Shown here: in pieces, positions 37,769 through 46,623 of the stretch
How the letters are laid out: every line of letters begins with the position of its first letter
Position numbering within the stretch: the stretch's first letter is position 1
From: Vulcanimicrobiota bacterium
GTDB lineage: Bacteria > Vulcanimicrobiota > Vulcanimicrobiia > Vulcanimicrobiales > Vulcanimicrobiaceae
Length of the DNA: 64,000 nt
Assembly (NCBI GenBank): GCA_963786105.1
Contig: CAWAXX010000018.1
Location: 49,981-113,980 of the forward strand
Direction of reading: 5' to 3'
Made by a program: the position numbers and the translations under genes
Notes under the pieces: model-generated
What the model was told of the DNA's origin: nothing
Database searches by the model: none
What the model saw: only the letters and a program-made list of their open reading frames with translations

Positions 37769-38661
37769 CCGGCGTACCGTTCAAGCATATCGCAGGCGGC
37801 GTCGATCGCCACGGTCAGATCGCCGTCGTAGGTGAACGCCGCGCGCTCGAGCGAGCGCAGCAGCTCGCGTATCGCTGGACTCTCTGCCTCCGGTCGTTGC
37901 AGCACGTCGGCCAGCGTTTCGCCCTCGGACGCACCGACCATGCGCCACGTGACCGCCCGCACGCGCACGGCCGTCGCCCGCGTGCGTTCGGCCCGTAAGA
38001 CGGTCAGCGCGTCCAGCAACTCGTCGCGATGCGATCGCGGCTGGAGGACCGGCGGCAGCGGCGCGGGCACGGGAGGCGCCGGTCGAACCGCCGCCGGCGG
38101 CGCCGGCCCGCGCCGGAAGATCAACGCCACCACCACCGCCGCGCACGCCAGCCCGCCGATCCACAGCGCGAGCCGTAATGCGAACTGCGCGACGCTCGTC
38201 AGCGGATTTTCGCCGCCCGGCAACGGCACCGAACTTCCGGTGACGGTCAGCGTAAGCCCGTTGGTCGAGTACTGTTTCGGGCGACGGTCGCGTGCGTCGA
38301 CGGCCTGCAATACCGCGGGCCCAATCGCCAGCGTCCCGGCGTGATGCGCGATGACGGCGATCGTCTCGCGATACGTCGTTCCCGCCGGCCCGCTTTCCAG
38401 CCGGCGCTCGTCGCCGCGCAACTCGAGCTCGGCCAGAATCGGAAGCTCGAGGTTTTCGACGGTCGTAACGCGCTCGCGTACGCGTAGGACGACGATCAGG
38501 TGAAACGGCACGTCAACCTGCGGTTTGTCGGTATCGGTATTCAGCGCGAACGACTGAACGGTCAAGCGCTGGAGCGCCTGTGCGTGCCCGGTGGCCCGGG
38601 CTGCCAGCGCGATCGCCGCGAGCGCGATTAGCGCTGCGGCAAGCCGGCGGATTGGAACCAC
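37765..38661 (-). CDS. membrane-anchored BatD-like protein of the MoxR operon
   Basis: Signal peptide, beta-rich ectodomain, one TM (LALWIGGLACAAVVVALIF), Pro-rich segment. First gene of the MoxR/DUF58/VWA set. Overlaps the carA 3' end by 34 nt. Confidence 0.55.
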   Translation of the reverse strand: MVPIRRLAAALIALAAIALAARATGHAQALQRLTVQSFALNTDTDKPQVDVPFHLIVVLRVRERVTTVENLELPILAELELRGDERRLESGPAGTTYRETIAVIAHHAGTLAIGPAVLQAVDARDRRPKQYSTNGLTLTVTGSSVPLPGGENPLTSVAQFALRLALWIGGLACAAVVVALIFRRGPAPPAAVRPAPPVPAPLPPVLQPRSHRDELLDALTVLRAERTRATAVRVRAVTWRMVGASEGETLADVLQRPEAESPAIRELLRSLERAAFTYDGDLTVAIDAACDMLERYAG

Positions 38662-39722
38662 TCTGCGAACAGCCGGCGCGCATCAAACGGCCCCGGTGAG
38701 GCTTCGGGATGAAACTGTACGGCGGCAATCGGCCGCGCGCGGTGACGAAAGCCTTCGTTGGTTCCGTCGTTGAGATTGGTCATGGTGGGCTCCAACTCGG
38801 CCGGAAGCGAATACGCGTCGACGGCGTAGCCGTGATTGTGCGCGGTGATGATCACGTCGCCGCTGGCGAGTTCCTTCACCGGTTGGTTCCCGCCGCGGTG
38901 GCCGTAGGGCAGTTTGTACGTACGCGCCCCGTGAGCCAGCGCGAGCAGTTGGTGACCCAGGCAGACCCCGAAAACCGGTTTGCGCTCGGACAATCCGCGC
39001 AGCGTCTCGACGGTTTGCGGCAAGTCGGTAGGGTCGCCCGGTCCGGGAGAAACGACGATCGCGTCGGGACCCTCGGCCAGCACTTCTTCCGCCGTGACGT
39101 CGTAGGGCAATACCGTTATTTGAGCGCCGAGGGCCTGGAGTTCGCGAAGAACTGCCCGCTTCACGCCGCAGTCGATCAGGACGACGCGCGCCCCCGCCGG
39201 CGACCCTTCGAGCACGGTTCGACGCGCCGTTGCGACGCTTGCGACCAAACCTTTCGTCGTCGCGGTGCGAACGAATTCCACTAGCTCGCGTTCGGCGGTC
39301 TTCAGCGCCTCGCTGCCGGACGCGAGCGCGGCCCAGATCGTCCCGTGTTCGCGCAGGGCGATCGTGATGGCGCGCGTATCCGCTCCGACGAGCGTTGGAA
39401 CGTTTTGCGCGTCGAGCCACGCCGGCAAATCGGTGTACGCGAGATGATGCGACGGGTGGTAGGCGATCTGCTTGATCACCGCACCGGCGACGCAGGCCCG
39501 CGAATACTGTGCCGCCGCGCCCGAAATGCCGTAGTTTCCGACCATCGGATAGGTGAAGGTGAGAATCTGGCCCGCATACGACGGATCGGTTAGGGCTTCT
39601 TCGTAGCCGGTCATACCCGTGAAAAAGACCGCTTCACCGAGTGCCGTGCCGGCAAAGCCGAGCCCGTACCCGTCGAAACGGCTACCGTCCGCAAGAAACA
39701 GTGCGGCCGAGGGCGGCGTCAC
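38628..39722 (-). CDS. carA: carbamoyl-phosphate synthase small subunit
   Basis: GTG at 39722 (GTGA overlap with the pyrC stop). GYEEALTDPSYAGQILTFTYPMVGNYG, GVCLGHQLLA, QFHPEASPGP. Confidence 0.93.
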   Translation of the reverse strand: MTPPSAALFLADGSRFDGYGLGFAGTALGEAVFFTGMTGYEEALTDPSYAGQILTFTYPMVGNYGISGAAAQYSRACVAGAVIKQIAYHPSHHLAYTDLPAWLDAQNVPTLVGADTRAITIALREHGTIWAALASGSEALKTAERELVEFVRTATTKGLVASVATARRTVLEGSPAGARVVLIDCGVKRAVLRELQALGAQITVLPYDVTAEEVLAEGPDAIVVSPGPGDPTDLPQTVETLRGLSERKPVFGVCLGHQLLALAHGARTYKLPYGHRGGNQPVKELASGDVIITAHNHGYAVDAYSLPAELEPTMTNLNDGTNEGFRHRARPIAAVQFHPEASPGPFDARRLFAEWFQSAGLPQR

Positions 39723-40996
39723 GTTTGGGCGTACGCCACAGCACCGCCGACGATCGTCGCAACCACGCAGCGGGGAAGAGTTCGTCCCGAAAAGGGCGTC
39801 GAGCGCCCTTTGGAAGCAAAGCGCGCGGGATCGACCACCCACTCGCGCTCGGCAAAAACGCTCACGTCACCCGGCGAACCGACGGCGAGCGTGCCGCCGG
39901 CGACGCCGAGGATGCGTGCGGGGTTGGTCGACAGCAGTTCCACGAAGCGCAGCATGGGCAAACCGGGAACGGCGGCTGCATACGCGCCGACGGCGATCTC
40001 TAAGCCGCTGAATCCGACGGACGCGTGAGGAAGTGCGGCGGATTTTTCATCGGAAGTATGCGGCGCGTGGTCGGTCGCGAAGACGTCGATGGTTCCGTCG
40101 CGTACGCCGTCGCGCAGTGCGCGCACGTCGTCGCCGGTACGCAACGGCGGATTGACCTTGGCGCTACCGCCGAGCTCGCGCACGGCTTCGTCGGTGAACG
40201 TCAAATGGTGCGGCGTCACCTCACACGTTGCGCGGATGCCGCGCGCTCGCGCGTGCAGCATCAGGCCGAGCGCCGCAGCCGTCGAGAGATGCGCGACGTG
40301 CCAGCCTTTGCCGGTATCGCCGGCAATGAGCAGGTCGCGCGCGACGATGACGTCCTCGGCAATCGCCGGGCTTCCGGGCACGCCCAACGCCCGCGACACG
40401 GCGCCTTCGTTCATGACGCCGTCGCCCTTCAGCGCGTCGTCCTCACAGTGAGAAATGAAGGGGCCGTCGACGTCGAGTGCCGCCAAAGCCGCGTCACGTA
40501 ACATACGGGCGTTAGCGACGGTGTTGCCGTCGTCCGAAAACGCCACCGCTCCCGCGCGTGCAAGCGCGGCGAAATCGCAACGTTCGACCCCGAGACGGCC
40601 GCGCGTGATCGCCGCGACCGGATACACCGCACAGCGCGCGTTGGCGGAAACGTTCTGCAGCAGTTCGTTCAGCGCGCGCGGGTCGTCCAGTGCCGGCTGC
40701 GTATTCGGCATGCACGCGACCCCGGTGAATCCGCCTCGTACGGCCGCCTCGGTCCCGGTAGCAATCGTCTCCTTTTCGGAAAATCCCGGCTCTCGCAAAT
40801 GCACGTGCATATCGATGAATCCGGGAGCGACGATGGCGTTGGAAGCATCGAGCACCGCTTCTCCCTCGCGCGCATCGAGCCGCTCGCCGATTTCATAGAC
40901 GATGCCGCCGGTGATGCGCACGTCGCGCAACGCGTCCAACGCCAGCGACGGATCGACCAGCCGGCCGCCCTTAATCAGCACGCTGCCGCGATTCAT
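39719..40996 (-). CDS. pyrC: dihydroorotase
   Basis: FIDMHVHLREPG, FATDHAPH. Pyrimidine operon context. Confidence 0.9.
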   Translation of the reverse strand: MNRGSVLIKGGRLVDPSLALDALRDVRITGGIVYEIGERLDAREGEAVLDASNAIVAPGFIDMHVHLREPGFSEKETIATGTEAAVRGGFTGVACMPNTQPALDDPRALNELLQNVSANARCAVYPVAAITRGRLGVERCDFAALARAGAVAFSDDGNTVANARMLRDAALAALDVDGPFISHCEDDALKGDGVMNEGAVSRALGVPGSPAIAEDVIVARDLLIAGDTGKGWHVAHLSTAAALGLMLHARARGIRATCEVTPHHLTFTDEAVRELGGSAKVNPPLRTGDDVRALRDGVRDGTIDVFATDHAPHTSDEKSAALPHASVGFSGLEIAVGAYAAAVPGLPMLRFVELLSTNPARILGVAGGTLAVGSPGDVSVFAEREWVVDPARFASKGRSTPFSGRTLPRCVVATIVGGAVAYAQT

Positions 40997-41898
40997 CGGC
41001 GGCCGTTGACCAAAAGGTCGAGCACTGCCATGCGGATGGCGACGCCGTGATGCACCTGCTTCAGGTAGCGCCAGCCGGCGAAGTCCAAGACCGAGTCATC
41101 GAGTTCCATGCCGCGATTGTACGGGCCCGGGTGCATCACGACCGCATCGCGGCGCACCTTTTTCAGCCGCCGCTTGTCGAGCCGGTAGGCGGCCACGTAT
41201 TCTTCGTCGGAAAGCGGCATCTCGGCGAAACGCTCGCGCTGGATACGTAGCAGCACGATCGCGTCGGCACGCGGAAGGATCGCATCGAAATCGCGCTCGA
41301 TGGTAACGCCTTCGGTGGCGTAATCGGCGGGAAGAAAACTCTCCGGACCGACCAGGACGACGTTCGCACCCATCCGATGCAGACCCCGGATCGTGGAGTG
41401 CGCGACGCGGCTGTGCGCGACGTCACCGACGATCGCCACCGTGCGCTGAGCGATGTCGCCGAACTCTTCGATCAGCGTGTAGATATCCAGCAGCGCTTGC
41501 GTCGGATGCGCGCGCGCGCCGTCTCCCGCGTTGACTACGTGTCCGTCGAAGCACAGGGCAATTCGCTGTGGAAAACCCGCTTCCGGATGCCGGACCACCA
41601 GCACGCCGACCCCCATCGCCCCGAGCGTCATGGCGGTGTCTTCGAGCGTCTCGCCTTTGGTTGCCAGGCTCAGGTCCTTGGGCGAAAGGTTGACGACGTC
41701 GGCGCCCAAACGGAGCTGCGCGAGATTGAACGACGTGAACGTTCGCGTACTCTGTTCGAAAAATACGTTCACGCAGGCCGTTCCGGCCAAAAGCGCGCCG
41801 GGCGGCGTTCGCTCGAAGGCTTCGGTACGCTCGAAGACGTAGGCGATCTCGTCGGCGTCGAGATCGTCGAGATCGAGCAGGCTACGCCGAATCCGCAA
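40993..41898 (-). CDS. pyrB: aspartate carbamoyltransferase catalytic subunit
   Basis: STRTFTSF, HPTQALLD, VGDVAHSRVAHS. Start inferred at TTG 41898 (17-nt overlap with pyrR); upstream of that, ORF 40993..42078 is out of frame with pyrR coding. Confidence 0.9.
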   Translation of the reverse strand: MRIRRSLLDLDDLDADEIAYVFERTEAFERTPPGALLAGTACVNVFFEQSTRTFTSFNLAQLRLGADVVNLSPKDLSLATKGETLEDTAMTLGAMGVGVLVVRHPEAGFPQRIALCFDGHVVNAGDGARAHPTQALLDIYTLIEEFGDIAQRTVAIVGDVAHSRVAHSTIRGLHRMGANVVLVGPESFLPADYATEGVTIERDFDAILPRADAIVLLRIQRERFAEMPLSDEEYVAAYRLDKRRLKKVRRDAVVMHPGPYNRGMELDDSVLDFAGWRYLKQVHHGVAIRMAVLDLLVNGRR

Positions 41899-42421
41899 GG
41901 ATCGCAACCTCGTCGGTGGGCGCCGAATCGGCACCGAGCGAAACGGCAACCCGCTCGCGACGGCTCGTCGGAATGATTCGCCCCACGTAATCGGGCTGAA
42001 TCGGCAACTCACGTAAACCGCGGTCGATGAGCGCGCACAGACGAATCGCCGCCGGCCGGCCGAGATCGGTGACCGCATCGAGCGCCGCCCTGACGGTGCG
42101 CCCAGTAAAGACCACGTCGTCGACGATCACGACCGTTCGATCGGAAACGTCGACCGGAATTTGCGAATCGGGAAGCTCGTGGGTTACGCGGTCGTCGCGA
42201 TACAGATCGATGTTGAGGAAACCCAACGCCGGCGCGCGTCCGCCGATCCGTTCGATTTCAGCGGCGAGCCGGATTGCCAGCGCCTCTCCGCCACGGCGAA
42301 CGCCGAGCAGCACGAGACCGAGCTGCGCGTCGTCGGGTTCGAGAATCTCGTGCGCCAAACGCGCGACGATGCGTCCGATTTCGTCGCTACGCAGCAACAC
42401 GCGGTGAGTCGTCGTGGTCAA
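41882..42421 (-). CDS. pyrR: bifunctional pyrimidine operon regulator / uracil phosphoribosyltransferase PyrR
   Basis: TTG start in a TTGA overlap with the valS stop. PRPP motif VVIVDDVVFTGRTVRAALDA, 179 aa. Confidence 0.9.
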   Translation of the reverse strand: MTTTTHRVLLRSDEIGRIVARLAHEILEPDDAQLGLVLLGVRRGGEALAIRLAAEIERIGGRAPALGFLNIDLYRDDRVTHELPDSQIPVDVSDRTVVIVDDVVFTGRTVRAALDAVTDLGRPAAIRLCALIDRGLRELPIQPDYVGRIIPTSRRERVAVSLGADSAPTDEVAILADSA

Positions 42422-45033
42422 GCCGGTTCTCCTAGTGCCGCCAGGGCTGCTTCAACGCGGGCAAACTCCGAACGATAGCCTTCGAGCTTTTCCCGCTCCT
42501 TCGCAACGACGCCGGGCGCCGCCTTGGCGACGAACGCGGCGTTTTCGAGCTTGCGCTCCAAACGTTCCACTTCGTTGCGAAGCCGTTGCACGTCTTTTCG
42601 ATATCGCCCGAATAACACGTCGTGCGGGGCACGCGCGCCGATCGCGGCGAGTGCGTCTTCGAGGGTCGCGCCCGACGGCGCCATGCGCTCGACCGAGCCG
42701 GCGACGAAGTGCGCGAGCGTCGAGGCTACCGATTCGGGCACGTCGGCGGGGACGTCGAGCGTTAGCGGTTCCTTCGGTTGAAGGCCCATCTCGGCACGAA
42801 GATTTCGCAGCCGCTCAGCGCAACGCTGCAGCGCTTCGAACTCGGTGCCGGCCGCGCGGTCGAGCGGAATCTCGAGCGGATCGGGCCACGTCGCCGTCGT
42901 GATACTGTGTCCGTCGTGCGGCAGCGCGAGCCAGACCTCTTCGCTGATGAACGGGGCGATGGGATGCAGCAACCGCATCGCGTTGTTCCACACGAACGAA
43001 AGAATCGCGGTACGGGTGCGGTGGTTGTGCGGCACTTTGGTCGCTTCGACGTACCAGTCGCAAAACTCGTACCAAATGAAGCGCCATACCGTTTCGGCGG
43101 CATTACCGAGATCGAAGGCGTCGAACTGCTTTTCGAGCTGCACGATCGTGTCGTGCAGGCGGACGAGAATCCAACGATCGGCCAGCGTCATAGCGCTCGC
43201 GGACGGCAGCGTCAACGCGCTTGGCAGCCCTTCGGGGAGCGCCAGCATGTAGCGGGTGGCGTTCCACACTTTGTTGTTGAAGTTGCGCGCTTCCTCACAG
43301 CGCGATTCCTGGAAGCGAATTTCTTGACCCTCGACGCGCATCTGGCGCACGATACCCATCCGGAAGGCATCCGCGCCGTATTTTTCCACAAGCTCCATCG
43401 GATCGATGGCGTTGCCGAGCGACTTCGACATCTTGCGGCCCTGCGCGTCGAACACCAGGGGCGTGATGAAGACCTTGGGAAACGGCAGCTTCCCCACCAA
43501 GTGCAGGCCGAGCATCACCATACGGGCCACCCACAGGAAGATGATCTCCCAGCCGGTGATCATCACTTGCGAAGGATACCAACAGTCGAGCTCCGGCGTT
43601 TTCTCGGGCCAGCCGAGAATCGACAGCGGCCAAAGCCCGCTTGAAAACCAGGTGTCGAGCGTGTCGGGATCTTGCGTGAGTTCGCGCGTACCATGTTCGC
43701 GCTGCGCAATCTCCAGAGCTTCGGCTTCCGTCTCCGCAACCACCGCCGTTCCGTCGGGCACGTACCATACCGGTAGACGGTGCCCCCACCACAGCTGACG
43801 AGATACGTTCCAATCGCGAATGTTCTCCAGCCACTGCTCGTACGTCCGCCCATAACGTTCCGGAACGAACGTCAAACGGCCGTCGCGATACGCTTGGAGT
43901 GCGGGCTGTGCGAGCGGCGCCATCGTTACGAACCACTGCAACGACAACAACGGCTCGATCACGTCGCCGGTGCGCTCACTCACCGCGATCGCGTGTCGGT
44001 GCGCTTCTTCCTTCACGAGCAGTTGCGCGTTACGTAAATCGTCGACGATCCGCCGTCGCGCTTCGAACCGGTCGAGGCCTTCGTAGGGACCGACGGCGAT
44101 TTCGGCGCCGGTGATCTTCGCATCCAGGTCGATCGCCGACGGCGCGGGCAGGGCGTGACGACGGCCGATCTCGTAGTCGGCGGCGTCGTGCGCCGGCGTC
44201 ACCTTCACGGCTCCCGTGCCGAAGGTGCGATCGACCGACTCGTCGGCAACGATCGGAATCGCGCGTTCGAGCAGCGGCGGAACGAGAACGCGCCGCCCGA
44301 CAAGGCCGGCGTATCGTTCGTCCTGCGGATGAACGGCGATCGCAACGTCCGCAAGGATCGTTTCGGGGCGCGTGGTCGCGATCGCGATTGCGCCGATATT
44401 TTGTGGTTGCGCATCGACGAAAGGATAGGTGACGTACCACAGCGTGGCATCGCGCTCGACGTGCTCGACCTCGGCGTCCGAAACGGTGGTTCTTCCTTTG
44501 GGATCCCAGTTGATTAAGCGTTTTCCGCGATAGATCAGACCCTCGCGATAGAGCTGCACGAACACTTTGCGTACGGCGTGTGAAGGGGCGTCGTCCATGG
44601 TAAACCGCGCGCGCTGCCAATCCGGGCCGAAGCCGAGAAGGCGAAACTGCGCGTAGATCTCACCGCCGTACTTGCGCGACCATTCCCAGGCCCGCGCGAC
44701 GAACTTTTCGCGACCCAGATCCTCGCGGGTCAAGCCTTCGCGCGCGATCTCTTTGACCAAGACGGCTTCAGTGGCGATCGCCGCATGATCCAGGCCGGGC
44801 AGCCAGTCGGCGTTATCGCCGAGCATTCGGTGATACCGGGTGAGCACGTCCATGGGAGCGTACGTGGAACCGTGCCCCAGGTGCGCCCGGCCGGTCACAT
44901 TCGGCGGCGGCATGCAAACAATGAACGGCGGCCGCGCCGGGTCCGGGTCCTCGTGAAAAAAGCCGCCGTGCTCCCAGAAAGCATAAAGCCGCGGCTCGAC
45001 CGCTTTGGGATCGTAATGCTTGGGGAGGTGCAT
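42418..45033 (-). CDS. valS: valine--tRNA ligase
   Basis: Start at ATG 45033 (MHLPKHYDPKAVE). PPPNVTGRAHLGH (HIGH) and KMSKSLGN (KMSKS). C-terminal coiled coil. The 13 upstream codons of the ORF lie in repeat copy D. Confidence 0.97.
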   Translation of the reverse strand: MHLPKHYDPKAVEPRLYAFWEHGGFFHEDPDPARPPFIVCMPPPNVTGRAHLGHGSTYAPMDVLTRYHRMLGDNADWLPGLDHAAIATEAVLVKEIAREGLTREDLGREKFVARAWEWSRKYGGEIYAQFRLLGFGPDWQRARFTMDDAPSHAVRKVFVQLYREGLIYRGKRLINWDPKGRTTVSDAEVEHVERDATLWYVTYPFVDAQPQNIGAIAIATTRPETILADVAIAVHPQDERYAGLVGRRVLVPPLLERAIPIVADESVDRTFGTGAVKVTPAHDAADYEIGRRHALPAPSAIDLDAKITGAEIAVGPYEGLDRFEARRRIVDDLRNAQLLVKEEAHRHAIAVSERTGDVIEPLLSLQWFVTMAPLAQPALQAYRDGRLTFVPERYGRTYEQWLENIRDWNVSRQLWWGHRLPVWYVPDGTAVVAETEAEALEIAQREHGTRELTQDPDTLDTWFSSGLWPLSILGWPEKTPELDCWYPSQVMITGWEIIFLWVARMVMLGLHLVGKLPFPKVFITPLVFDAQGRKMSKSLGNAIDPMELVEKYGADAFRMGIVRQMRVEGQEIRFQESRCEEARNFNNKVWNATRYMLALPEGLPSALTLPSASAMTLADRWILVRLHDTIVQLEKQFDAFDLGNAAETVWRFIWYEFCDWYVEATKVPHNHRTRTAILSFVWNNAMRLLHPIAPFISEEVWLALPHDGHSITTATWPDPLEIPLDRAAGTEFEALQRCAERLRNLRAEMGLQPKEPLTLDVPADVPESVASTLAHFVAGSVERMAPSGATLEDALAAIGARAPHDVLFGRYRKDVQRLRNEVERLERKLENAAFVAKAAPGVVAKEREKLEGYRSEFARVEAALAALGEPA

Positions 45034-45067
45034 GGGTCCGCCCCTCGTTCCGCACAGCGCCCTCCGG

Positions 45068-45107
45068 GTCATCCTGAGCGTCGGCCCTACGCGCCGCAGT
45101 CGAAGGA
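45068..45107 (+). repeat. 40-nt repeat, copy D
   Basis: GTCATCCTGAGCGTCGGCCCTACGCGCCGCAGTCGAAGGA, in the divergent valS / LuxR-family intergenic region. Confidence 0.7.
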
Positions 45108-45168
45108 ACGCTCGTCTTTAACCAGCCGTAATCGGGGCTTAACAGTTGCTTGCTAGCATCGGCGTCAA

Positions 45169-46467
45169 ATGGCAAGCGAGGACGAGGATACGATCGATGC
45201 TTTGCTGGGAGATTCCCAGCTGGCCGCGGCGGGCGTTGCGGTCGCCGCGTCGCCCCGCCGTCTCGCGGCGGGCGTCTATGCCTTGACTGGCGCAGACGCG
45301 GCTCTCGCTGCGGTCGTCGAACCCGAACTGCTGGCCTGCCGCGACGACGCCGGCGTCGATCGATATCTGACCGACTTGCCCGGCGCCCCCCGCTGGTACG
45401 ACTACCTGCCAGCGGCGCAGGTTCTGTCGTGGCTGGGCGACGAGATCGCGACCGTTCGTTGTCTGCGCGCGGCATTCGACGCCGCCCGCTCCGAAGGACG
45501 CCAGTACGCGGCGGTGGGCGCGCGCGACCGCCTCGCTCACCATGCCTTGCTCTTCGGAGACGTTGCCGTCGCGAGCAACGCGATCGACGAAGCGGTGTCG
45601 CTTGCGAGATCGCAGCGCATGGCGAACTGGCTGTTGCGTTGTTGCGCGTCGGCGGCGAAGCTGGCGCTCGACACCGGCGACGTCGAACGTGCGACGCGGC
45701 TGGTCGACGATGCGCGCGCCTCTCTGGCGCCGCCCGAGTTGCTCGCGCTGTTTGCACCGACCGGCGCGCAACTCGCATCGATGGCGGAAGACGCAGCCGC
45801 GCTGCGCGCCTGGGCTTCGTCCGAGATGCTCGAGCTTGCGCTGCACGCCGTCGAGGGGCAATCGGCAACCTCGGCAACGATCGCGTGTTTGCTGAGCGCC
45901 GGCGGACCGCCGCCGTCCGGTTCGGCTCCCAGCGTGGCGTTACGGCGAGCGCTGTTGCTGGGCGACATCAGCAACGCCGTGGAACTAGCGTCGATCGCCG
46001 CCCGCTACGGCGACGCCGACGAAGCCAGGCTTGGCGTCGATGCCATCCGAGCGGTGTTCGCGCCGCATCGCCCGTACTTACACGCACATTTCCTGTTGGC
46101 GCGCGCACACTGGTGTTTCCGTTTTGGCGAACGTGCCGATGCGATCGACAGCGCCGGCGACGCCGCGCGAGCCTTCGACGCAATGGGTTTGCGGCGCTGG
46201 ACCGACGACGCCATGTTGTTGCTGGTCCATCAGGAGGGCGCCGGCGAATCGCACCGGCGCCGGCGCCCGTCGGCGCTTTCGCTGACGGGACGCGAACAAC
46301 AAGTCGCGCATCTGATCCGGCGCGGAGCGTCCAACCGCGAAGTCGCCCGCACGCTGCAAATCAGCGAGCATACGGTCGAGCGGCACGTGAGCTCGATCCT
46401 CTCCCGGCTCGGATTGCGATCGCGCTGGCAGATCGTCGACGCGCGAAATGCCGGTAACGAACATTAA
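45169..46467 (+). CDS. LuxR-family transcriptional regulator with large helical N-terminal domain
   Basis: C-terminal HTH LTGREQQVAHLIRRGASNREVARTLQISEHTVERHVSSILSRLGL. The ~360-aa Ala/Leu/Arg-rich N-terminal region looks TPR/MalT-like. Confidence 0.85.
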   Translation: MASEDEDTIDALLGDSQLAAAGVAVAASPRRLAAGVYALTGADAALAAVVEPELLACRDDAGVDRYLTDLPGAPRWYDYLPAAQVLSWLGDEIATVRCLRAAFDAARSEGRQYAAVGARDRLAHHALLFGDVAVASNAIDEAVSLARSQRMANWLLRCCASAAKLALDTGDVERATRLVDDARASLAPPELLALFAPTGAQLASMAEDAAALRAWASSEMLELALHAVEGQSATSATIACLLSAGGPPPSGSAPSVALRRALLLGDISNAVELASIAARYGDADEARLGVDAIRAVFAPHRPYLHAHFLLARAHWCFRFGERADAIDSAGDAARAFDAMGLRRWTDDAMLLLVHQEGAGESHRRRRPSALSLTGREQQVAHLIRRGASNREVARTLQISEHTVERHVSSILSRLGLRSRWQIVDARNAGNEH

Positions 46468-46492
46468 GAATCGGTAGAATTGATTAAGGCAA

Positions 46493-46520
46493 CGTAATTG
46501 CACCCGCTAGTGCATTAACG
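46493..46520. promoter_or_regulatory. imperfect inverted repeat (candidate operator) in the regulator-operon spacer
   Basis: CGTAATTGCA-N8-TGCATTAACG, arms match 8/10. Lies in the AT-richest part of the 156-nt spacer. A GC-rich nested stem (TGCCG-A-GCCCC...GGGGC-ACC-CGGCA, 46526..46557) follows. Confidence 0.3.
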
Positions 46521-46623
46521 ATGTCTGCCGAGCCCCGGGATGCGGGGGCACCCGGCATCCCCTAGCATCGAGGTAAGAAGCGTCGGTTCATCTACCGCCT
46601 CTTGCGTTGCTGTGGAGTTGTCG

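Noticed and set aside
39723-39842. N-terminal extensions given by the longest-ORF coordinates for carA (39842), pyrB (42078), ruvA (25412), qor (19642), valS (45072), tig (61766), arsC (56915), the kinase (27792) and the hypothetical at 30133.
   Set aside because: The extensions overlap the preceding gene or a repeat or tRNA, are Arg-rich, and precede the point where homology-like sequence begins. In each case an in-frame ATG, GTG or TTG sits at or next to the upstream stop codon.
45034-45168. T-box leader upstream of valS.
   Set aside because: The region is 135 nt long, 40 nt of it is repeat copy D, and there is no T-box (AANNNGGUGNNACCGCG-like) sequence or specifier-loop architecture. It is too short for a T-box riboswitch.
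44813-46457. Alternative-frame ORFs covering the LuxR-family gene (354 aa and 240 aa on the minus strand, 435 aa on the + strand at 45150..46457).
   Set aside because: They are extremely Arg-rich (RRRR runs). Only the 45169..46467 frame ends in a recognisable LuxR HTH.
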